DNA of 64,000 bases from Octopus sinensis (taxonomy: Eukaryota). The stretch covers positions 32,984,001-33,048,000 of the forward strand of contig NC_043009.1 in the NCBI RefSeq assembly GCF_006345805.1, read 5' to 3'. A program made the position numbers and the translations under genes. How positions within the stretch are numbered: the first letter of the stretch is position 1; each line of letters begins with the position of its first letter. The notes beneath the pieces are model-generated. The model was given only the letters and a program-made list of their open reading frames with translations. It ran no database searches and was not told where the DNA came from. Positions 55,427-64,000 of the stretch are shown here, piece by piece.

Positions 55427-56553
55427 ATATGATATATTATATATATTAATGTATGTATATATATATGAACATTCGTGTGTATGTGTATATAATATATGCG
55501 AGTGTGCGTGTATGTTTCTCTACGTATACAAACAGACACACACACACACACATTTAGCAAGTACAATTCAATGCTTATAAAGCAGCAAAATGTATTTATA
55601 AACAGAAAACAATACAACGTAATACATCATCACATCCTACACCACTTAGAAGTCTTAAAGACTGACATAATGATAGGAAATAGAGAGGGGATTAGAGAGA
55701 GTGTGAGTGAGTGAGAGAGAGACTACGTGATAATGTGTTTACTGCAAGTTTCATTATTGTCAAAAAAAGACATAAAACAACGCCAAGAACAAAAGCTCTA
55801 GATATCATTTGTGCCATTGGTCATAAGCTAAATTTTAACAAAAGGTAAATTCAAATAGAAAAATAATATTCTTCTAACATTTTCCATTGTGTTAAAGAGA
55901 ATTGCTACTCTTCAGTTAGAAACGGAATTATTGTTGATTCTATTTAAAATGGAACTTCCTTTTGTTATTTTGGCATTATGTTTGATTTTTGTTTGTATTT
56001 CTTTGAGCAATTTTTACATTTCAAACTTGTTATATTTCAGAAGTTAATTTTCTATTATATTTTAACTCTTCTTACGCTCATTTCAAATGATGTATTATGT
56101 TGAAAGCAGATGGTTGGCCTACCTTAGTCTTCAACGAGTTCATATGATTCCAGGTGTTATTATCAATTCACTGAATTATTTATCATATTTGTCTACAGTT
56201 ACTGTCAAATGTAGTTGAAGTCAAGTTACATCAACATGTATCTCTGCACGTGCGCACACACGTGTGTGTATGTTTCTGTGTGTGCGTGTGTCTTATTTAA
56301 TAGCTTAGGGATTTTCTTTGAAGATGACGAGTGCGAAGAGAATTGGAGCTTCAAATAGAATGCCTTGTAGTATTTGTAGCAACCCTCTGATTTGCAATCC
56401 CACCAAGTATCAATAAATACAGGCGTGCGGTGGAGTCTTTTTCTCCTTCTCTGTGTAGTTGTCTCCCAATTTTACTCAGAATATTCGACCACTCCCAACA
56501 ACTCTTCGCCATTTCTGGCAAAAGGTTGAGCAAGTACTGGTAACGTCACCTCA

Positions 56554-56653
56554 NNNNNNNNNNNNNNNNNNNNNNNNNNNNNNNNNNNNNNNNNNNNNNN
56601 NNNNNNNNNNNNNNNNNNNNNNNNNNNNNNNNNNNNNNNNNNNNNNNNNNNNN
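56554..56653. other. Assembly gap (100 N)
   Basis: Run of 100 N. Confidence 1.
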
Positions 56654-57115
56654 AGCATTTTGGCCGGCGTGCTAACGATTCTGCCAGGTCGCCGCCATAC
56701 TCAGCAATATCATATTACCCACTAACAAGAACGGGCAATTCAAAGCAACAAAGAACCTTCCAGCAGAATGAGAATTACAAGACGAGCAACAAAACCAAAA
56801 CAATCACTCGACGTGTCCAGCATTACACTTATTGTCGTGTTAAATATGTTTTTGATTCTAGCAAAGACTAAAGAAGTTCCTATTCTGATTAAGACTCCGA
56901 TTGTCATAAAGACTGTGGCGGCTGATAATTTGGGCGTTGGTTTTTCTTTCTACATAAATATTCTGTATTTAAAGAATAGTGTGCAGCGTCAAAGACCTTA
57001 CTTAGGCAAGGACAACAGTAGTAAACCCAGTCACTCGCTTAAATACATACGCACGTACACACACACACATACACACACACACACACACACGCACAATACA
57101 TACATATATACATAC

Positions 57116-57323
57116 ATAGGCGCAGGAATGGATGTGTGGTAAGCATAGGCGCAGGAGTAGCTGTGTGGTAAGAAGCTTGCTTACCAACAAGATGGTTCGA
57201 AGTTCAATCCCACTGCGTGGCACCTTGGGCAAGTGTCCTCTACTATTGCCTCGGGCCGACCAAAGCCTCGTAAGTGGATTTGGTAGACGGAAACGGAAAG
57301 AAGCCCTTCGTATATATATATAC

Positions 57324-57362
<39 letters not shown>

Positions 57363-57598
57363 TGTGTGTGTGTGTGTGGTGTGTGTGTGTATGTGCGTGT
57401 GTGTGCCTGTGTCTGTCCCCGCAATATCCCTTGACAACCAACGCTAGTGTGTTTACGTCCCTGTTAACTAGCAGTCCGGCAAAAGAGACCGATAGAATAA
57501 GTACTAGGATTACAAAGAATAAGTCCTGGGGTCGATTTGCTCGACTAAAGGCGGTGCTCCAGCATGACCGCAGTCAAATGTCTGAAACAAATAAAATA
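57116..57598 (+). mobile_element. Full-length SINE family A with duplicated 29-nt head
   Basis: ATAGGCGCAGGA..G.TGTGTGGTAAG occurs at 57116 and 57145, followed by the full body and tail. Confidence 0.9.
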
Positions 57599-57667
57599 AT
57601 ATATATATTCACGGAATCGTAAAACTGTTTATTCCTGATACATTTAATTCCTGATATCATTTCTATT

Positions 57668-58309
57668 TTGTGTTATTCTTGACCCTGAGCAGCACTACCT
57701 CCTCCAGGCACTTGATGTAGGTCTCCTTGTTGAGTGTGAGGCCATATGGGAAGGTGAATGCAGGTATAACGTTGTCATCACTAGTGTACACTCCAATCAC
57801 CAGGATATTGGCTGGATGTTTGATTTTTATCCACCTCAGTACATGTTTTGGTGACACGGCAAGCTAACGATTGTTCTGTGTTCAACATCTGACCTTAGCA
57901 GAAATTTTTCTCGTCTGAGAAAAACCAAAGAGTGTTCCAGTGGCGGGGATGCTCGATTTGTTCAAAAGCTTCATAGTGCGGTCTTTCCTCTTGTCCTTCC
58001 TGGCTTGGGATAAAAGCTGATCGTTGTCAATCATGGCCTGAATCTCACCAGCAAATTCAGGAGTTCTTTTCTTATCAGAACCATCACAGTGAGTTTTCCG
58101 AGCTGCCGTACATTCATAATCACCATTTGACTCCTCCAACTCTTTCCGAATGCTCTACACTGTAATCAGGTTGACACCCAACCATTCAGAAATGTTCGTA
58201 CTGGAGTTTATGGTGCCAATGCCAAGCAGTAAACATGTCATTTCCAAATTTCTGGCAGAGTGAATTCAGTCATGATGCTGTTTTCTCACAGACTGTGCCC
58301 AGCTGTCCC

Positions 58310-58312
<3 letters not shown>
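57668..58312 (-). mobile_element. Tc1/mariner relic, same family as 19443-20537
   Basis: KIKHPANILVIGV.SDDNVIPAFTFPYGLTLNKETYIKCLEEVVL; ESNGDYECTAARKTHCDGSDKKRTPEF. Confidence 0.85.
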
Positions 58313-58362
<50 letters not shown>

Positions 58363-58363
<1 letters not shown>

Positions 58364-58866
58364 TAGCAGTATCGCCCGGCGTTGCTCGGGTTTGTAAGGG
58401 AAATAACTATATAAGCATTTTTAGAGAGTTACTTCCCTTATAAATTCGGGCTTTCTTAGCCATTTTTGTTTTGGTGTCTCAAGCCATGAAGTCGTTGTTC
58501 TAAAAGAACGCTGGTTTCCTTCACAACGCATTACGACGTTGATTTCTTTACACTCCCTTCCCCACAGCTTCACGAGGGAGGGAAGAAGGGGAGAAGGCAA
58601 ACAGTGCAGCTGTGAGCGTGGACGCCAACTCCGCCGCCATCGACACACGATGCATTTTATGCATTAAAATGGAATAAAAAATGATGTTAATTTTTTTTAA
58701 TCGTAGACTCATCGTTGACGCGTGCTAATAGTCAGACGGGCTCGATATGAATCACGACGATAAGATACCCGAATTTGGTTAAACTGCACCGCAAAATGTG
58801 GGAGGAGTTAGGAATCTAAATCGAAGGGGACAGACACTCACACAACTAGAGTTTTATATATATAGA
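58363..58866 (-). mobile_element. Non-autonomous Helitron (~504 bp)
   Basis: On the minus strand: 5' TC start, subterminal CCCGAGCAACGCCGGG hairpin, 3' CTAG, inserted between A and T within (TA)n. Confidence 0.8.
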
Positions 58867-58869
58867 TAT

Positions 58870-59175
58870 ATATAATAAAATATTAGGGAATAAATCCAAA
58901 CTTACAGGGGAAAATCAGATTTAGGATTAAATCCAATTTTATAGTTAAATATATTATATTATATTATATTAAATTAGAGATAAAACCACTATTAGGCAAA
59001 TCAAACAATGAAAAACATAACCCAATACATAAGATTACTTAATTTATATTATTTTAAATATATATCAAAAGTATTAAAAGTTTAATAAAAGATAAAGAGT
59101 AAAACACTACGATCGTTTCATGGCTGTACAATTCGTAATAATTCGAGTTATGGTTACAGTCAATCTTCAGGTTAA
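58870..59175 (-). mobile_element. Penelope-like 3' end with degenerate hammerhead at 59104-59172
   Basis: CUGAAGA-stem II(9 bp, 2 mismatches)-GAAAC-GAUC-GUA; tail shared with 17040-17215. Confidence 0.55.
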
Positions 59176-59245
59176 TAGAAATATTTATCTTAGCGAAGTT
59201 TAGCAATGAACTGTGAATATACATATATATATATATATATATATC

Positions 59246-59282
<37 letters not shown>

Positions 59283-59287
59283 TATAT

Positions 59288-59544
59288 ATATTTATCAAAA
59301 GAAAAACAGGATGCAAAGGATTTCTGGCTTTATTAGACAGTTTTATCATGCATAATTGATGTTATATGTACGTCAATAGCTTTCTTCAGCCACGCACAAT
59401 TACCATACCAAAGACATGTATTACATTGTAAGTTTGGGAAGCAAACATATTACATCAATTATGCATTGATATAACTGTTTAATAAAGCCAGAAACATATG
59501 TACCGTTAAATCCTTTGCATCCTGTTTTTCTTTTGATAAATATA
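59288..59544. repeat. Imperfect inverted repeat
   Basis: Arms 59288-59368 and 59446-59544; the left arm lacks 16 nt present in the right arm. Confidence 0.85.
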
Positions 59545-59696
59545 AACCCTTATCCCCTACACCACTAACTGGCATATACAGGTGCTTACTGTTATCAGTA
59601 TTCACCCTGAATTATATATATATATATATTATATATATATAATATATATAGATATATAATATATATGTATAAGGGTGAAAGGAACACACGAGTTGA

Positions 59697-60157
59697 TATA
59701 TATGAAAAAACAAAGACAAAAAAGAAAATGCTAAAATAATTTTATAGTGAACATTTCAGTACCGGTTTCGGTCATTTGAGACCTTTTCAACTGTAACGAT
59801 TAAATAATTAAATTAGAAAAATTAGAAGAAAAGTTTTTTTAAAAGAATATTTCTATAGTAGTGTTCAGATTTAAGTGGCATTCTGCCTTTCTCTGACTCC
59901 CTTGTTTGCACTTGTGTGTCGGAGGTCGTTTCACAACGACCTCCGACACACAAGTGCAAACAAGGGAGTCAGAGAAAGGCAGAATGCCACTTAATCTGAA
60001 CACTACTATAGAAATATTCTTTTAAAAAACTTTTTCTTCTAATTTTTCTAAATTTAATTATTTAATCGTTACAGTTGAAAAGGTCTCAAAATGACCGAAC
60101 CGGGTACTGAAATGTTCACTATAAATTATTTTAGCATTTTTCTATTTTTACTTGTTT

Positions 60158-60165
<8 letters not shown>
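59697..60165. repeat. Near-perfect ~235-bp-arm palindrome with 4-nt loop (TCAC, 59931-59934)
   Basis: The arms are reverse complements differing mainly by 1-nt indels; each carries a hammerhead-like motif. Confidence 0.9.
59757..59793 (-). ncRNA. Minimal hammerhead motif with U3-A8 compensatory core
   Basis: CAG-UUGAAAA-GGUC[UCAAAU]GACC-GAAAC-CG-GUA-CUG. The mirror copy at 60072-60109 has indels. Confidence 0.65.
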
Positions 60166-60207
<42 letters not shown>

Positions 60208-60338
60208 AATTCAGCGACAATTTAGATTCAAATGAATATGGTACTTATTTAGATGCACCAGAATTTTGTATGGTGTTATCCATAAAAATTTGCGGGGTGA
60301 TTATAATCAAAAATGAGCAACAAGAGTGACTCCGGTAG

Positions 60339-60426
60339 TTTGGTACAATTGTTTCGCACTACAACATTTTATTAAAAGTTGTAATTATTACAGCAAATTT
60401 AAGATGTTGACTGCTCATCAGCCAAA
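60339..60426 (-). ncRNA. Type I hammerhead motif with long stem II insert
   Basis: UUUGG-CUGAUGA-GCAG[...]GUGC-GAAAC-AAUU-GUA-CCAAA. Confidence 0.75.
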
Positions 60427-60564
60427 AATATAGGTTTTCCAATAATACAAAAGCTTTTAAATCAAGAAGTAACAATTTAATTCTACATCTTTATCTGTAT
60501 ATCTACCTTCTCTAAAATGTTACTACTTGATATAAAGCTTTTGTATTATTGGAAAACCTATATT

Positions 60565-60652
60565 TTTGGCTGATGAGCACTCAACATCTTAAATCTGCTG
60601 TAATAATTACAACCCTTAATAAAATGTTGTAGTGCGAAACAATTGTACCAAA
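60565..60652 (+). ncRNA. Type I hammerhead motif with long stem II insert (fully canonical)
   Basis: UUUGG-CUGAUGA-GCAC[UCAACAU...AUGUUGUA]GUGC-GAAAC-AAUU-GUA-CCAAA: 5-bp stem I and extended stem II. Confidence 0.85.
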
Positions 60653-60676
60653 CTACCGGAGTCATTCTTGTTGCTC

Positions 60677-60715
<39 letters not shown>

Positions 60716-61280
60716 CACACACACACACATATATATATATAAATATATATATAGGCGTCTGTGTATAAATAAGGAACGATGCACCTGCGTGTATAAATGC
60801 GTGTGTGTGTGTGCGCGTGTCTACATGCGTATATAGGCGTATGTTGGGATATTGATATGCGCCTAGTAATAATAAAGTTTTATCACCCGATCAACAACCT
60901 GAACCCATTCCAGCTCAATGCGTCTGCATGGTGCCAATGATCGACAACTATCAAGAAACTTATCCCTACCAACTGGTCTACCGATGATCTGCTCATACAC
61001 TATCACACTTTATAGCGTGTCTTATTCTAATCTAATGTATTCTATGGTGAAGTTCTCTTTATTCATTGTTTTGTATTTTTTCTTTATAATTTTTTTCTCA
61101 ATTACTTGTTCGTATTCTCAACCTGGCAACTTAGTCTATCCCTTGCTATTCTTCATTCTTCCTCAATGTATTTTAGATACGACTACTGTCAGAATGTTCC
61201 AGTTAAGCTTAAGGGCGAAATGTCAATTATTTACATTATTTACATTTGACAGATATTTGTCCTTATATTCTTTGTTTTAA

Positions 61281-61322
61281 CACAACGTTTCGGCTGATAT
61301 ACTCTCCAGCCTTCATCAGGTG
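61281..61322 (-). ncRNA. Minimal type I hammerhead motif (extra A after A9)
   Basis: CAC-CUGAUGA-A-GGCUG[GAGAGUAUAU]CAGCC-GAAAC-GUU-GUG. Confidence 0.8.
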
Positions 61323-61380
61323 GCTTGGAGAAATTTCGAACCTGAGTTCTCATTCCTAAGGTATTTTTCGATGTTGTTGC

Positions 61381-61502
<122 letters not shown>

Positions 61503-61600
61503 TCACTGCTTGGAATCGAACTCGGAATCTTGGGATTAGTAGCCCGCATTCTTAACCACTACGTCATTCGACGGATATTTGTCATCTTGGTTGTTGTTAA

Positions 61601-61642
61601 TTCAACGTTTTAGCTGATATAATCTCCAGCCTCCATCAGGTG
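61601..61642 (-). ncRNA. Degenerate copy of the 61281 hammerhead
   Basis: CAC-CUGAUGG-A-GGCUG[...]CAGCU-AAAAC-GUU-GAA (A9G, G12A). Confidence 0.55.
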
Positions 61643-61846
61643 TCTTGGGGAAATTTCCTCAATTATGTAAAGAGAAATCAAGATATATCACCGGAAAAGA
61701 TACTTCCGCATTGTGAGATACATTGGAAGTCATTGTATAGTTTCCCAGCCACGAAGCTGGGCAGGAGGTTTCGAAATGATGGTTGCGATAAATAAAGTCT
61801 CCAGTATATTCCATCTTCCGTATGAATTGCTTTTATCATATATATG

Positions 61847-61924
<78 letters not shown>

Positions 61925-62229
61925 TGTGTGTATGTATGTATGTATGTATGCATGTATGCATGTATGTACGTATACACATACATATATATGCACATAAATA
62001 CTGTGTTGGGCCAAACGCTTTGCAATATTCTGGTAACTTGCTTTAATCGTCAAGTTAAACTAAAAGTAACCAGACATTCAAAGCAGAGATCATCGTGTTG
62101 CAGCGTCTGAAGCCACCTATCTTCCAGTTTGGGGATTCCACACTAATGCTAGTTGTTGGTCTTTGAGGCAAAGAACATCTTGCCTTAAACTTCCACCTGC
62201 TCTTTATTGATGAAGTGAGCCATGGATTG

Positions 62230-62760
62230 GAACAAGTAATAATCGAGGAAGATATTTTACTGCACTCCTAACGCACATGAGCAGTAACTCAAGCAAGGGA
62301 AAGCTTTCAGAACCTGTCGCTAAACATGGGTGTTTCAAGCGTATGGTAAGTCTCTGCGTCTGGGGGAATTATTATGGAATAATTCACAAAAAAGTTCTTT
62401 CCGGACAGTCGAATCATCGATAGCAGCCTATACTCTGAACAGCTGGAGCAGGCATACGCCACTGTGCAGCAAAAAACAGAATTGGTTAAATACTATACAA
62501 GACCTCGTACCGCTTGAACGACTCTATATAAACTCTAGAAACATGAGGGAGACGAACTGATGCTACACCCGACATAGAGTCCGGACCTAGAGTCCTTCTG
62601 ATTATCCCTGATTCCGATTCTTTGCTCATTTCATCAACGAACAGAAGGTAGAAGTTTCAGTGAAGGAGTTCTTTGCCTTAAGGAATAAAAACTTATTCCA
62701 GCATGTTATTAAAGACCTGACAGATATATGGCTTCAGATCGATCTTAACAATCGATTAAT
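62230..62760 (+). pseudogene. Mariner (DD34D-type) transposase relic
   Basis: Degenerate MVSLCVWGNYYGIIH..PDSRIIDSSLYSEQLEQ, HPT.SPDL and VKEFFA..LFQHVIKDLTDIW. Confidence 0.75.
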
Positions 62761-62847
62761 ATCCCCACTCTATTGGCAAATGACCATTGTCATCATAATC
62801 ATCAGAAACATTATGATCTTTAGCTTCTTCTTTCTCGACACTGTTTA

Positions 62848-62881
<34 letters not shown>

Positions 62882-63588
62882 ATTTTGCTCTCTTTCCTCC
62901 TCATTCGTTTTCATTTCTGTTCGACTTAACGATCATATCTACTTGTAATCGCGTATGATATAATGAAGGATAAATTAGTCGGCATTATGACTGATCTCTT
63001 TGACAATGATTCTGCAATGACATAGATGGAATGAAACCGCAACAAAGAGATCTTCAATTCCTTCAACTCCTCTCTTTCCAGTAAACTGGAACAATAATTT
63101 TCATTACCAATTCCACAGCAACACATCTAAAGAAAATACACGGATACAAGTCTTTGATTGAGAACCCCAAATCTCAATTACTTCGTTATTGCAACTTCTC
63201 CTTAAAACCGATAAAATTAAAGGATAATTCTTACATATTAAATGATAATTCTTATGTACAGACACATATTATCTGTCCATAGTAAAACGTTGTATGGATG
63301 ACAAGCATGAGACTAATATATTCCTGGTTCAAACTTTGGAATGTACACGGTAATTTCAGGTGTTAATTTTCTTTGATCTTTGCTCCCAGCTTGTAAGCGG
63401 AATCACTTTGTAAGTATTTGTGTAATTACAGATACGGAGGGTTAATGATTCTACATAAATTAGAATATGAGAGAGGACCACATTTCAACATTTTCAGACC
63501 TATCGAAGTCAATAAGAAATAGGACTAGATAGATAGATAGATAGAAGATAGATAAATAGATAGGTAGGTAGGTAGATAGATAGATAGG

Positions 63589-63694
<106 letters not shown>

Positions 63695-63854
63695 CAGACA
63701 TTGGGGAGGGAGGGGGACAATTATGCGGATATATAACGGCTTCGGTATGAAATACAAAATATGTGTATACGTATACATGCATCATAATATATATCATAAT
63801 ATAATATGAATATAATATAAGATAAGATGACATAAAAAAGAGCATGAAAAAAAA

Positions 63855-63938
63855 ATAGCCAACAATTTGTTTCGACTAATATACTTTATTTGATTTATAA
63901 ACAATTCAATCCACTTATAAAGGTCTCATCAGAGCTAC
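63855..63938 (-). ncRNA. Type I hammerhead motif with ~46-nt stem II insert
   Basis: GUAGCU-CUGAUGA-GAC[...]GUC-GAAAC-AAAUU-GUU-GGCUAU: 6-bp stem I with two G.U pairs. Confidence 0.7.
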
Positions 63939-64000
63939 AGTTTAAAAATAGACGAAATTTTGCGTGTAAGTGCAGCTGGTTTGCAAAAAAAATAATCCAA

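Noticed and set aside
56340-56553. Possible PLE GIY-YIG fragment (IGETT-like after a frameshift)
   Set aside because: Too short, needs an assumed frameshift, and is cut by the gap.

Overview
Eukaryotic, AT-rich, microsatellite-saturated DNA with a 100-N scaffold gap at 56554-56653. The SINE families and repeat density suggest a cephalopod (Octopus-like) genome; this is inference. There is no intact recognisable protein-coding gene, no true tRNA or rRNA gene and no CRISPR array. Nearly all ORFs in the track are microsatellite artefacts. Decayed transposons dominate: a Helitron RepHel relic, non-autonomous Helitrons, Tc1/mariner relics, a Gypsy pol fragment, LINE 3' fragments (CR1/L2-like, RTE-like, Hero-like, R4/Dong-like, Tx1/L1-like) and at least four tRNA-derived SINE families. 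The main signal no ORF track shows is a set of about 17 minimal type I hammerhead-ribozyme motifs from several families, mostly in Penelope-like pseudo-LTR contexts and often as inverted or tandem pairs. They include a family with a compensatory U3-A8 core and stem II covariation, families with large structured stem II inserts, and a tRNA-headed SINE-like element carrying tandem hammerheads (retrozyme-like). All folds were paired by eye; activity is untested. A promoter-like motif cluster and a few minus-strand exon candidates are weak hints of a host gene.
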